From Gemmatimonadaceae bacterium (GTDB lineage Bacteria; Gemmatimonadota; Gemmatimonadetes; Gemmatimonadales; Gemmatimonadaceae): 56,750 nucleotides of DNA. The stretch lies in NCBI GenBank assembly GCA_041743365.1, contig JBGTMW010000341.1:1-56750 (forward strand), read 5' to 3'. The stretch's first letter is position 1; each line of letters starts with the position of its first letter. The translations under genes were made by a program, and so were the position numbers. A model generated the notes under the pieces. The model saw only the letters and a program-made list of their open reading frames with translations, had not been told where the DNA came from and did not search any database. Below are positions 44,617 to 54,589 of this stretch, in pieces.

Positions 44617-46053
44617 ATGAGTGTTGAGCCAGGCAACGGTTTCGATGGACTCCTGCTTCCCGGGAGTGATGATACGATCGTGGCGCTGGCGACTCCATTC
44701 GGGCGAAGTGCTCTTGCCGTCATCCGCGTAAGCGGTTCGCGGGCTTTCGAAATCGCGCGATCCATGATGACTCCATGGCCGACAGGACCGAAGCGAGTCA
44801 CCCTCTGTGTGATCGGGAATCAGCAGACGGGGGCTCTGCTCGATCACGCGCTCGTAACTCTCCACACGCGACCGCACTCATATACCGGAGAAGACCTCGT
44901 GGAGCTTTCCACCCACGGTGGGCTTCTGGTGCCGAGTACCATCATTGCCGCATTTGTACAGAGTGGAGCCAGACAGGCTCTTCCCGGAGAGTTCACCCGG
45001 CGGGCGGTACTGAATGGAAAGCTCGATGTAACTCAGGCAGAAGCCATTGGTGACCTGATCGATGCGCGCTCCAGACGTGGCCAACAGATCGCGCTCGCCC
45101 AGCTCGATGGTGGTCTTTCGGGCAGGATAGCCGGTCTCCGTTCAGCACTCCTCGAGATCGAAGCACTCCTGGCCTACGATATCGATTTTCCCGAAGAGGA
45201 TGATGGACCGATCTCGAGAGAGCGTATCACCACGGCCAGTCAGAAAATACTGGGAGCTCTCGATGGGCTTCTTGCGACGGTTTCCACAGGGGAGCTCGTT
45301 CGCGACGGTGCGGTAGTCGTTCTTGCCGGAGCGCCAAATGTTGGAAAGTCCTCTCTGTTCAATGCTCTTCTCGGACAATCCCGCGCAATCGTCACTGACA
45401 TTCCAGGCACCACGAGAGATGCAGTGGAAGCTGTCGTGGATGCAGGTCAATGGGCGCTGAGGCTCGTGGACACCGCAGGATTGCGTGCCACAGCGGACCT
45501 GGTCGAGCGAATGGGTATCGAGATGAGCGAGCGCTATCTGGATCGAGCTTCCGTGATCATGGCATGTGGAGATGATCCGGAGTCTCTGGAAGTCGCAGTA
45601 AGGCGTGTTCGTGAGCGAAGCAGCGCTCCTGTCATTGCCGTCCGGACCAAGTCCGATATCGGAACCTTGTCAGGCTCGGTTCCGGGATTGGCAGCAGGGA
45701 GATATCAAGTATCCCGGTTGGATGAGATGATGCCGCTGGTCACGGTGAGCGCGAATTCAGGTGCAGGCCTCGAAACTCTCGTGAACGAGGTAATCCGCGT
45801 GTTGTCATCGAACCACGAGGAGCTGCCGGTGGATGCACCTGTCCTGACTCGTGTCCGGCATCAGCGAGCAGTGGAAGAGGCCAGACAGGAACTGGCGCGG
45901 TTTACTCGAGCATGGGCCGACGAGAATCTTCCGGCACCAGTGGCAGCGACTCATTTGAGGAGCGCTGTAGCAGCGCTGGAGCAGTTGATCGGCGTTGTCG
46001 ATATCGACGATGTTCTGGACAGGGTCTTCAGCACGTTCTGTGTCGGAAAATGA
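44617..46053 (+). CDS. mnmE: tRNA modification GTPase MnmE (TrmE)
   Basis: The N-terminus has DTIVALATPFGRSALAVIRVSG. The G domain has GAPNVGKSSLFNAL and DTAGLR. The C-terminus ends FCVGK. A TTG at 44611 is an alternative start. Confidence 0.93.
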   Translation: MSVEPGNGFDGLLLPGSDDTIVALATPFGRSALAVIRVSGSRAFEIARSMMTPWPTGPKRVTLCVIGNQQTGALLDHALVTLHTRPHSYTGEDLVELSTHGGLLVPSTIIAAFVQSGARQALPGEFTRRAVLNGKLDVTQAEAIGDLIDARSRRGQQIALAQLDGGLSGRIAGLRSALLEIEALLAYDIDFPEEDDGPISRERITTASQKILGALDGLLATVSTGELVRDGAVVVLAGAPNVGKSSLFNALLGQSRAIVTDIPGTTRDAVEAVVDAGQWALRLVDTAGLRATADLVERMGIEMSERYLDRASVIMACGDDPESLEVAVRRVRERSSAPVIAVRTKSDIGTLSGSVPGLAAGRYQVSRLDEMMPLVTVSANSGAGLETLVNEVIRVLSSNHEELPVDAPVLTRVRHQRAVEEARQELARFTRAWADENLPAPVAATHLRSAVAALEQLIGVVDIDDVLDRVFSTFCVGK

Positions 46054-46258
46054 GGCTGGCCTCCAGAAAGTATCTATCTGATACTATTCTGGGGGTTGTC
46101 CCGCGAACGTGGGTTCAGCCAATGGGAGGGGCCCACCGATAGGTTGGCATCGTGGCATCCTCCCACGGGTTCTATCGAAAGCTCGTGCCGCGCCCTGTTG
46201 AGCTGGGGTTTCTTCGCGGAGCCGAGCCTCCTTGGGAGACAACGGCCGGCCAGCGTAA

Positions 46259-47197
46259 TCAGGCTGTAGCGGCGGCGCTGCTAGCCAAACCGGAAATGTC
46301 GTCGGCACCAGCTCGAACCGCCCAAGCGATGCCACGATCGGCTATCGCCGTCTCGACCATCCTGGCCCCGACGAAGTATCCGCATCGTTCCGGAAGCACG
46401 TACCGATCAATGGTACGTGCGTCATCGCTCATCCCGCCCGACAGGTACCGGAGGCGGAGTCCGAGACCTGCCCGATCGAGATCCTCGGTGACGGCTCGCG
46501 TGATGACAGGCTCCATCTCGCGAATGCGGGCGTAATGACGGCGGCCGTAGCCGAAATATTCCCATGCGGCGTGCCCGGGAGTGATGGCGCGAGACACATG
46601 AATTGCGAGACCTTCGTTGACCAGCAGCTCGCGAAGGCGAACCTGGCGTCCGGTTTCCCAGTACGAGTAGTAACCGCCGGCATCGTCGATCACGTGGCGG
46701 ATCTCGCTTTGGCTGGTAGGCGACGTGTAGCGCACGCCGTGGGTAATCTCATGGCCAAGCCAGAGCGGGATCAATTCAGGGTCAAGACCAAGGCCCTGGG
46801 TCTCGGGATTCATTACGCTCGTGAAGTGCTCCAGACACACAAAAGCGACTCCGGTGCCATCGACGACCAGTTCGCCGGCGTTGGCCGCGCCGACCCCAAC
46901 CATGAGGACGACGTCGAGATCGACATCAACGTTCAGGAGTTTCGCGCACTGCTGCTCGGTTTGACGGGCCAGAGCGACCACATCGGTTCTCTCGAGCATG
47001 GTTCGCAGGTCTGTGCGGTCGGCCATCGCAGCCGACTTTACGACGTCCCTGAAGTGCGGACCGTCGGGGTCCAGGACGTAATTGTGCCAGTAGGCTTCCA
47101 GTAAGGGGCGGTGCGCGTCGAAGTAGCGGAGGTAGGCAGCGGTCCGATCAGTGCTATTGAGAACAGCGAAGAAGTCTGGCAGCAGGTTGATGAGCAT
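46259..47197 (-). CDS. putative Zn-dependent protease, DUF2268-like
   Basis: I moved the start to MLINLLPDFFAVL. The HExxH motif is in WLGHEITHGVRY. The family call is from memory of DUF2268. Confidence 0.5.
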   Translation of the reverse strand: MLINLLPDFFAVLNSTDRTAAYLRYFDAHRPLLEAYWHNYVLDPDGPHFRDVVKSAAMADRTDLRTMLERTDVVALARQTEQQCAKLLNVDVDLDVVLMVGVGAANAGELVVDGTGVAFVCLEHFTSVMNPETQGLGLDPELIPLWLGHEITHGVRYTSPTSQSEIRHVIDDAGGYYSYWETGRQVRLRELLVNEGLAIHVSRAITPGHAAWEYFGYGRRHYARIREMEPVITRAVTEDLDRAGLGLRLRYLSGGMSDDARTIDRYVLPERCGYFVGARMVETAIADRGIAWAVRAGADDISGLASSAAATA

Positions 47198-47387
47198 CAA
47201 CGACCGGTCGCAGATGGGCGGCGCGGGAGGATCGGGAGGCGGCAAGATACAGATGACCCCCCGGCCCAACAAGAGCATGGCTGCCGAACCACCGTACAGG
47301 CGTCGTAAGGCCGGGAAGCCGAGGAGTCCGTGAGCAGTGGCACAGAATTTCCCTATATGAATCTGCGGGACCTGAAAGCCGGGGATT

Positions 47388-48041
47388 ATGACGACGCTCC
47401 AACACATTGAACTCCACTGTCCGATCTGTGACTCGCAGTTCCGGTCGCAGGCAGTGGTTTCCACGAACTCGTTCGGCGGAAAGCGCACGGACTTCCATGA
47501 GCGAGCAGCGGGCACACAGCCCCTGCCCTTTCTCGTGCACATGTGCAACCGCTGTGGCTATTCCGGGTCGGAGCGCGACTTCAGCGACGAAGCGGATGTG
47601 AGCCCGATGCTGAAGGAGTACGTCTGGAACGAGCTTGCGCCCAACCTCGTCACCAGCGCCAGCAGCGGCTCGGAGAAATACGAAGCCGCCGCGAAGGTAG
47701 CCGAATGGCAGTCCATGGAGCCCAGACACATCGCCGACCTCCTGCTCAGGGCAGCCTGGTGTTGCGTGGATGAGGCGGATACCGAAGCCGAACGCTTCTT
47801 TCGACGCCATGCCGCACGGATGTTCGAGCGCGCACTCGAGAGCTACGACGGAGTTGCACGGGATGAGAGAGCCGTGTTGACTTATCTCGTTGGAGAGCTC
47901 TGGCGTCGTGTGGGCGACATGAAGGCGGCGAAGGTGTGGTTCAACAAGGTTGCCGAGGAAGTCGTGGATCCCCAATCGCAGGAGTGGATCCTGGACGCTG
48001 CTCGTCAGCAACGGGACTGTCCGCGGGAATGGTTTGGCTAG
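47388..48041 (+). CDS. DUF2225-like zinc-ribbon / helical-repeat protein
   Basis: The N-terminus has CPICDSQF..(about 40 aa)..CNRCGYSG..DF, which matches the DUF2225 pattern. The C-terminal half is helical and TPR-like. Confidence 0.55.
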   Translation: MTTLQHIELHCPICDSQFRSQAVVSTNSFGGKRTDFHERAAGTQPLPFLVHMCNRCGYSGSERDFSDEADVSPMLKEYVWNELAPNLVTSASSGSEKYEAAAKVAEWQSMEPRHIADLLLRAAWCCVDEADTEAERFFRRHAARMFERALESYDGVARDERAVLTYLVGELWRRVGDMKAAKVWFNKVAEEVVDPQSQEWILDAARQQRDCPREWFG

Positions 48042-48079
48042 GCTAGACTGACAGGTAGGGACCGGGAGTGACGCAAGCT

Positions 48080-48120
48080 GCGCCGGGGGGCAATCCGCTC
48101 CCCGGCGCTCTTGATTTGCT
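48080..48120 (+). terminator. rho-independent terminator after the DUF2225-like gene
   Basis: GCGCCGGGG-(11 nt)-CCCCGGCGC forms a 9-bp stem. UCUUGAUUUGCU follows. Confidence 0.55.
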
Positions 48121-48129
48121 ACAAAGGGT

Positions 48130-48777
48130 CTATCGTGTACCGAAGAGCCGGTCGCCGGCGTCGCCCAGCCCGGGGAGAATGTACCCGAGGGCATTGAGCT
48201 CGCGGTCGAGGGATGCACAGTAGATAGTCACATCGGGGTGAGCGTCGGCAAGCCGGCGGACACCCTCTGGCGCGGCGACTATGCAGAGAAACCGGATCCG
48301 TGATGCTCCAGCGCGCTTGAGCGAAGTCACGGCAGCGGCGGCACTTCCCCCGGTTGCGAGCATCGGGTCGAGAATGAGGAACTCCCTCTCGCCCACATCG
48401 CCGGGGATCTTGAAATAATAGTCTACCGGCTCCAGTGTGTCGTGGTCACGGTAGAGGCCGATATGTCCGACGCGTGCACCGGGAACGAGGCGGAGAACAC
48501 CCTCGACCATTCCCAGCCCAGCCCGTAGAATCGGCACCAGTGTCAGCTTCTTTCCGCTGACGCGCCAGCCGCTGCTCCGCTCCAGCGGCGTCTCGACCAC
48601 GGTCTGCTCCAGCGACAGCTCGCTCGTTGCCTCGTAAGCCATGAGCATTGCGATCTCATCAACGAGCTCCTTGAAGATCTTGGTCGGGGTTTCCCGGTCG
48701 CGAAGGATGGTGAGCTTGTGCTGAACGAGAGGGTGGCGAACCACCAGGAGCGTGGGGAAGGCAGGGGTGGTGTCCAT
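48130..48777 (-). CDS. upp: uracil phosphoribosyltransferase
   Basis: I moved the start to [27 protein letters not shown]. The protein also has ILRAGLGM, the PRPP loop [11 protein letters not shown], and a C-terminal [12 protein letters not shown]. Confidence 0.9.
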   Translation of the reverse strand: MDTTPAFPTLLVVRHPLVQHKLTILRDRETPTKIFKELVDEIAMLMAYEATSELSLEQTVVETPLERSSGWRVSGKKLTLVPILRAGLGMVEGVLRLVPGARVGHIGLYRDHDTLEPVDYYFKIPGDVGEREFLILDPMLATGGSAAAAVTSLKRAGASRIRFLCIVAAPEGVRRLADAHPDVTIYCASLDRELNALGYILPGLGDAGDRLFGTR

Positions 48778-48804
48778 GGAGCGGAAGGTACTATCTTCGC
48801 GCAC

Positions 48805-48981
48805 ATGAAAGAATACCAGGCAGTAGTGCTGCGTCTGACGCAACGCACCAAGGATGACGAAGATGCGATCACGGACCTGATGAATGAGCGTAGCCGTGGG
48901 GGTTGGGAGCCTGCGATGATGACCCAGGATGTGCAGCGTCTGGTGATCGTATTTCAGCGGGCGACGGACAGCGACGCGTAG
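48805..48981 (+). CDS. DUF4177-like small protein
   Basis: I moved the start to MKEYQAVVL. The 58-aa protein contains a GGWEP motif. Its stop abuts the GTG start of the next gene. Confidence 0.5.
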   Translation: MKEYQAVVLRLTQRTKDDEDAITDLMNERSRGGWEPAMMTQDVQRLVIVFQRATDSDA

Positions 48982-50364
48982 GTGGAGATCACTTTCGCGG
49001 GTGCAGCCAACGAGGTGACCGGGTCGTGTCATCTCGTGAAGGTCAATGGGCGCACCCTCGCCCTGGACTGTGGAATGTTTCAGGGGAAGCGTGCCGATGC
49101 CCGGGAGAAGAATCGTCACCTTCCGGTACCGATAGACTCGCTCGACGCGGTTGTTCTCTCGCATGCGCACATAGATCACGCGGGCCGTCTTCCCTTTCTA
49201 GTCCGGGAGGGATACGACCGACGGATCTGGGCAACGCCAGCGACGCGGGATCTGTGTGCCATCATGCTGGCGGATTCGGCGCACATCCAGGAAAAGGATG
49301 CGGAGTTCCTTGCCCGGCGAAAAAAAACCTTCGTCGAACCACTGTACGGGCTTCGGCATGCGGTACGAGCCATCGAGCTCACGACGTCGGTTCCATATGG
49401 CACTTCCTTCGAACCGATTCCCGGAGTCCGTGCAACCTTCGTGGATGCGGGTCACATTCTCGGATCGGCCTCGGTAATCCTCGACTGCACCGAGGACAGG
49501 GTAACCAGAAGACTCGTGTTCTCCGCCGACATAGGCCGTAGCGGACTCCCAATCATCCGCGATCCCGATCCACCGAGTGGTGCGCACTCGGTGATAATGG
49601 AATCGACCTACGGAAATCGTGATCATGAGCCGGTCGAGGGAGCCAGGGCACGATTGGGTGACATAATCCGGAGAACTGCAGCTCGTGGCGGGCGGATCCT
49701 CATCCCCGCATTCGCGGTGGGACGAACCCAGGAGATCATCTACGAGATCCACATTCTCACGCGGGAGAAGCTCATTCCAGCCATTCCGGTCTACATCGAC
49801 AGCCCACTGGCGATCGATGCCACATCGGTGTTCGAGATGCACCCGGACCTGTTCGACCCGACGGAGGACCTCATCCGGACCGTCAGCGAGCTGTTTCAGT
49901 TTACCCCCGTGAGCTATACACGTGATGTACAGGCCTCGAAGGCGCTGAATGAAGCTCGTGGTCCGATGATCATCATCGCAGCATCGGGGATGATGGAAGC
50001 CGGTCGAATTCTTCACCATCTCGCACACGGGGCGTCAGATCCCCGCAACACCATCCTGGTAGTCGGATTTCAGGCGGAGCACACGCTCGGCCGCAGAATC
50101 GTCGAGCGACAACCACTGCTGAAGATCTTCGGTGAGGAGGTTCCACTCCGTGCCGAGGTCGAGATCATCAATGGTTATAGCGCGCATGCGGATCGGACGG
50201 AGTTGACGAGCTGGCTGGACGCAGTTCGCACGACGTCACCCGATCTCGTGCGAGTTCACCTGGTTCATGGCGAACCAGAGGCGCAATCGGTGCTGATGGA
50301 ATCGCTGACGGCCAGGGGCTACGACGTCGATGCACCTGCGCCCGGAATGGTCAGGCCGTTCTAG
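48982..50364 (+). CDS. MBL-fold beta-CASP family nuclease (RNase J / CPSF-like)
   Basis: The N-terminus has [13 protein letters not shown]. The HxHxDH motif is SHAHIDHAG. The beta-CASP-type middle region and C-terminal SAHAD motif are present. Confidence 0.85.
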   Translation: MEITFAGAANEVTGSCHLVKVNGRTLALDCGMFQGKRADAREKNRHLPVPIDSLDAVVLSHAHIDHAGRLPFLVREGYDRRIWATPATRDLCAIMLADSAHIQEKDAEFLARRKKTFVEPLYGLRHAVRAIELTTSVPYGTSFEPIPGVRATFVDAGHILGSASVILDCTEDRVTRRLVFSADIGRSGLPIIRDPDPPSGAHSVIMESTYGNRDHEPVEGARARLGDIIRRTAARGGRILIPAFAVGRTQEIIYEIHILTREKLIPAIPVYIDSPLAIDATSVFEMHPDLFDPTEDLIRTVSELFQFTPVSYTRDVQASKALNEARGPMIIIAASGMMEAGRILHHLAHGASDPRNTILVVGFQAEHTLGRRIVERQPLLKIFGEEVPLRAEVEIINGYSAHADRTELTSWLDAVRTTSPDLVRVHLVHGEPEAQSVLMESLTARGYDVDAPAPGMVRPF

Positions 50365-50416
50365 GCTGGTAGCAATCCTCCGTGCTGTCTGCAGCCTTTC
50401 ATCCGGGTCTGAGCCC

Positions 50417-51010
50417 ATGACGATATCGCAGATGGAGGCCCACACCCCCGGTCGGCGCAACGCCGCCGAACGCATCCTTCAGGGTGCCGTGGACTGTCTG
50501 GTGGCAATGGGGGCTGCAGAACTGAGCATGCAGGACGTGGCCAACAAAGCCGGCGTGAGCAAGGCGCTCATTCACTATCACTACCACGACAAGGAATCCC
50601 TGCTGGAGCAGGTTACGCTATGGACGACGTCACAGCTCGTTGAACGGGAGCGAACAGCACTCGAAGGCGCGACTGCTTCTACAGCCGTGGACATGTTGTG
50701 GAACTGGCTGTACGGGGAGCTCGAGGGAGGACACCTGCGGCTGCTTATCGAGCTTGGGCAGTACAGGGCTCCGAGGGTCAGGGCAGCCGTCCTGGAGTCC
50801 GCGCTAAGGCGGAAGGAAGCCACGACCGGTAGCGTTCGACGCCTGTTCGAGCTCCTGGAGCTGCAGCCACGAATTCCGGCGGAACTGCTGGCAGGTGTCG
50901 TCATCGCTTTCATCAACGGCCTGGCCAGTCGACCACAGGGCGAGGATCAGCGAGAGACCCGCGTCAACTTCGATGTCTTCTGGCTTTCGCTTCTCAGCCT
51001 GGCGGAGTAA
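50417..51010 (+). CDS. TetR/AcrR family transcriptional regulator
   Basis: I moved the start to MTISQMEAH. The HTH is MQDVANKAGVSKALIHYHYHDKESLL. Confidence 0.85.
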   Translation: MTISQMEAHTPGRRNAAERILQGAVDCLVAMGAAELSMQDVANKAGVSKALIHYHYHDKESLLEQVTLWTTSQLVERERTALEGATASTAVDMLWNWLYGELEGGHLRLLIELGQYRAPRVRAAVLESALRRKEATTGSVRRLFELLELQPRIPAELLAGVVIAFINGLASRPQGEDQRETRVNFDVFWLSLLSLAE

Positions 51011-51051
51011 TGACCTTCCGCCACGGGCGACATGCTCGATAGCTTCCAGTC

Positions 51052-51657
51052 ATGGGACGGCGAGCAGGATGGAGATTTCTGGCGAAAGGCATCATGGTGG
51101 TGCTTCTGTTGACATGGGTGGTGTCTGCAATCGCCGTCGTCGTCTGGGGGTCGCGGGACCGAGCGGAGAAATCCGATGCAATCGTCGTCCTGGGTGCTGC
51201 CCAGTATGTGGGTCGTCCCTCACCGGTACTGAAGGCCCGCCTCGACCACGCGATAGCGCTATGGTCCCGCGGCCTGGCTCCCCTGCTCATCGTGACCGGC
51301 GGGATGGGATCAGGCGACACGACGAGCGAAGGTGCCGTGAGCCGCGAGTATGCCATGAAGCATGGGGTTCCGGACAGCGCGATCCTCGTCGAGAGCCAGG
51401 GCCGCACCACGCGAGAATCCCTGGAAGTCGTCGCCGACATGATGCGTGGCCGGGAACTCGACCATGCGATTCTGGTGAGTGATCCCTTTCACATGCTTCG
51501 CCTCTCCATACTCGCCGAGGGGCTCGGTCTCACCGCCTTCACCTCTCCGACGCCGACCAGTCCGATCTCGGCAAGCCGCAGGCAGGCCTGGCGCTACGTC
51601 CTGAGCGAATCAGTCAAGGTTCCTCTCGTCTTCATGCTCGCAAGGACCGACAAATGA
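51052..51657 (+). CDS. YdcF/DUF218 family protein (ElyC/SanA-like)
   Basis: N-terminal TM helix, followed by IVVLGAAQ, LIVTGG and ILVSDPFHMLR motifs. Confidence 0.8.
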   Translation: MGRRAGWRFLAKGIMVVLLLTWVVSAIAVVVWGSRDRAEKSDAIVVLGAAQYVGRPSPVLKARLDHAIALWSRGLAPLLIVTGGMGSGDTTSEGAVSREYAMKHGVPDSAILVESQGRTTRESLEVVADMMRGRELDHAILVSDPFHMLRLSILAEGLGLTAFTSPTPTSPISASRRQAWRYVLSESVKVPLVFMLARTDK

Positions 51658-53027
51658 CACTGCAAATTCGTCTGCTGACCGGCTGTATCACGTTGCTGGT
51701 CCTGGTTCAGGCACCCCGGGTCGGTGCGCAGGCCATCCCCGAGATCCGGTTCGAGCGCTATACGCTTCCGAACGGACTCGAAGTGATCCTGCATGAGGAT
51801 CATTCAGTTCCACTCGTGGCGGTGAACACCTGGTACAAGGTCGGCTCGGGCGATGAGAAGCGCGGGCGTACGGGTTTCGCTCACCTTTTCGAGCACGTCA
51901 TGTTCATGGGATCGGAGAACGTTCCGGTCGGAGCCTTCGACCAGCTGCTCGAAGCTGCAGGCGCGAACAACAACGGCTCCACGACACGCGATCGGACGAA
52001 CTACTACGAGTGGATGCCATCCAACGCCCTCCCACTCGCTCTATGGCTCGATGCCGACCGCATGGGCTGGCTGCTTCCGACGATGGATCAATCAAAGCTC
52101 GATGCACAGCGGGACATCGTTCGAAACGAGCGCCGGCAAAGCGTCGACAACGTTCCATACGGACGTGCCGATGAAACGATCTACGCCGCGCTCTATCCGC
52201 CGTCGCATCCGTATTCATGGGACGTCATCGGCTCGATGGCGGATCTCGGTGCTGCGACGCTCGACGATGTTCGCGAGTTCTTTCGGACCTACTATGCTCC
52301 AAACAATGCGACGATAACAATTGCCGGTGACTTTCAACCGGACTCGGTGAAACGGTTGATCGCCAGGTATTTCGGTGACATTCCGCGCGGCCCGGCAATG
52401 CCGCCGCGGCCAAGCGTGCCGGAAGTGGTGATTCCGCGAGACACCTTCCTCGTACTGGAAGATCGCGTTCAGCTTCCGCAGATATACAATGCCTGGCACA
52501 CCGTGAAGGCATTCCATGAGGACGATGCTGCCCTCGACATTCTGGCCTATACACTGGCCGGCGACAAGAACTCGAGGCTCTACAAGCAGCTCGTGTACGA
52601 TCTTCAGGTCGCTCAGGATGTAAGCGCTCGTCAGCAGAGCAGCAGGCTGGACGGGGAGTTCATGATCACGGTAACACCAAAACCGGGTCAGACTCCAGCG
52701 ACACTAGCCAACCTCGTGAATACGGAGATTGCGCGGATTATGCGGGATGGAATCACTGAACGCGAGCTCAGGCGGGCGCAGAACACGACGCGAACAGGAT
52801 TCCTGGACAACCTCGCGAGCGTTCTCGGCAAGTCGGACCAATTGAACCTATACAATTATTTCGCGGGGACGCCCGGATATGTGCAGCAAGATGCTGCGCG
52901 CTACGACCGGGTGTCGGCGGCCGATGTGCGCCGGGTGGCACAACGCTATCTCGGCCGCCCCCGCATCGTCCTCACAGTGGTTCCAGAGGGGCAGCGTAAC
53001 CTGATGGTGACAGGAGATGCGCGATGA
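51654..53027 (+). CDS. M16 family zinc peptidase (active-site subunit)
   Basis: ATGA overlap with ydcF. The protein has a signal peptide and the inverted zinc motif HLFEHVMF (HxxEH). Confidence 0.88.
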   Translation: MTLQIRLLTGCITLLVLVQAPRVGAQAIPEIRFERYTLPNGLEVILHEDHSVPLVAVNTWYKVGSGDEKRGRTGFAHLFEHVMFMGSENVPVGAFDQLLEAAGANNNGSTTRDRTNYYEWMPSNALPLALWLDADRMGWLLPTMDQSKLDAQRDIVRNERRQSVDNVPYGRADETIYAALYPPSHPYSWDVIGSMADLGAATLDDVREFFRTYYAPNNATITIAGDFQPDSVKRLIARYFGDIPRGPAMPPRPSVPEVVIPRDTFLVLEDRVQLPQIYNAWHTVKAFHEDDAALDILAYTLAGDKNSRLYKQLVYDLQVAQDVSARQQSSRLDGEFMITVTPKPGQTPATLANLVNTEIARIMRDGITERELRRAQNTTRTGFLDNLASVLGKSDQLNLYNYFAGTPGYVQQDAARYDRVSAADVRRVAQRYLGRPRIVLTVVPEGQRNLMVTGDAR

Positions 53028-54532
53028 CAAAGTTCGCGTCGATCGGGCAGGCTCTGCGCGTGGGGTCTCTCGAGCTGATCCTGATCGGAATGGTGGTATC
53101 GGCATGTGCCCAGCCGCCGATCCTGGTCGGCACGGCAGCGCCGGGTGTGGAGACCATGACGCCGATCGACCGGACCATGGCGCCGAGCCTGGCAGCGCCA
53201 AAGCCGGTGACTCTCCCGCCGGTCGTGACGCGCACGCTCCCAAATGGACTGCGCATACTCATTGTCGAGCATCACGAACTGCCAATCGCGGATTTCATTC
53301 TCCTGACCGGAAGCGGAGTCGAGGCAGACCCCCCGGGGCGTGCCGGCCTGGCGACCCTGGTCGCGGCGCTTCTCGATGAGGGAGCGACCACCCGCACCGC
53401 ACTTCAGATAGCGGATCAGGAAGCGTTCCTCGGGATATCGCTGTCGACCAGCAGCGGATGGGATGCTTCCCGGATCACGCTTCACTCACCCACAGCACAG
53501 CTGGATAGCGCGCTGGCGCTCTTTGCAGATGTCGTGCTTCGACCGGTGTTTCCGGTCCAGGAGCTCGAGCGGCTTCGCGCCGAGCGACTGACGGAACTGA
53601 TCCAGATGCGCGATCGTGGTCCGGGCATCGCCGATGTCGCGTATCCGGCCATCATCTTCGGCGGTGAGCATCCGTACGGAAGACCGATGCTGGGGACCGA
53701 GGTATCGGTTGCCGGAATCACCCGATCGGACATAGAGCAGTATTATCGCAGCTACTTTCGACCGAACCATTCGACACTGATCGTCGTGGGCGATGTAGGC
53801 GTCGATGACATCGTTCGCAGGATCGAGAGGTTCTTCGGAAGCTGGGAGCGTGGGGAGTTCCCACGTACGACAATTCCTGCCGCGCAATCGAGAAACACCA
53901 CGGCCGTATACCTAATCGACAAGCCCGGTGCGGCCCAATCATCGGTGAGGATCGGGAGCGTAGGAGTGCCGCGTTCCACGCAGGACTATTTCGGCCTGCT
54001 CTTGATGAACACGATTCTCGGAGGATCGTTCACGAGCAGGTTGAATCAGAATCTCCGCGAGACGCGTGGATACACATACGGCGCAGGATCCCGGTTCGAC
54101 ATGCGGCGAAGCGCAGGCCCGTTCACCGCCCGTGCGGAGATCGTCTCTGCAAAAACCGACTCCGCTCTCATCGAGTTCATGAAGGAGCTCCGCGGTATTC
54201 GCGACACGATCCCCCAGACCGAGCTCGCCAAGGCGAAGACCTATCTCCAGCTGCAGTTACCCGCGTCGTTCGAGACCACGAGCCAGATTGCGCAGCAGCT
54301 CGTCCCCATCGCGCTTTATGATCTTCCCCTGGGCTACTACAACGGTTTCGCGCAGCAGATCGAGCGCCTGACCCAGGCCGATGTTCAACGGGTTGCCAGG
54401 GAATACATTGACCCGGCGCGTCTGGCAATCGTCATCGTGGGAGATCGCGCGTCGATCGAAGGAGGGCTGCGTGCCCTCGGGCTCGGAGAAATTCTCATTC
54501 GGGATCTCTCCGGCCAGCCTATCCGGCCGTAA
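53024..54532 (+). CDS. M16 family peptidase-like protein lacking HxxEH (non-catalytic partner)
   Basis: ATGA overlap with the upstream M16 gene. The fold-type motifs are present but no HxxEH. The C-terminal R..Y region (RETRGYTYGA) is conserved. Confidence 0.85.
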   Translation: MTKFASIGQALRVGSLELILIGMVVSACAQPPILVGTAAPGVETMTPIDRTMAPSLAAPKPVTLPPVVTRTLPNGLRILIVEHHELPIADFILLTGSGVEADPPGRAGLATLVAALLDEGATTRTALQIADQEAFLGISLSTSSGWDASRITLHSPTAQLDSALALFADVVLRPVFPVQELERLRAERLTELIQMRDRGPGIADVAYPAIIFGGEHPYGRPMLGTEVSVAGITRSDIEQYYRSYFRPNHSTLIVVGDVGVDDIVRRIERFFGSWERGEFPRTTIPAAQSRNTTAVYLIDKPGAAQSSVRIGSVGVPRSTQDYFGLLLMNTILGGSFTSRLNQNLRETRGYTYGAGSRFDMRRSAGPFTARAEIVSAKTDSALIEFMKELRGIRDTIPQTELAKAKTYLQLQLPASFETTSQIAQQLVPIALYDLPLGYYNGFAQQIERLTQADVQRVAREYIDPARLAIVIVGDRASIEGGLRALGLGEILIRDLSGQPIRP

Positions 54533-54589
54533 GGCAAGGCGTCCCAGGCAAGTAGAGGGGCGTAAACGGCCCTGTCTTTCGGGAGCAGA

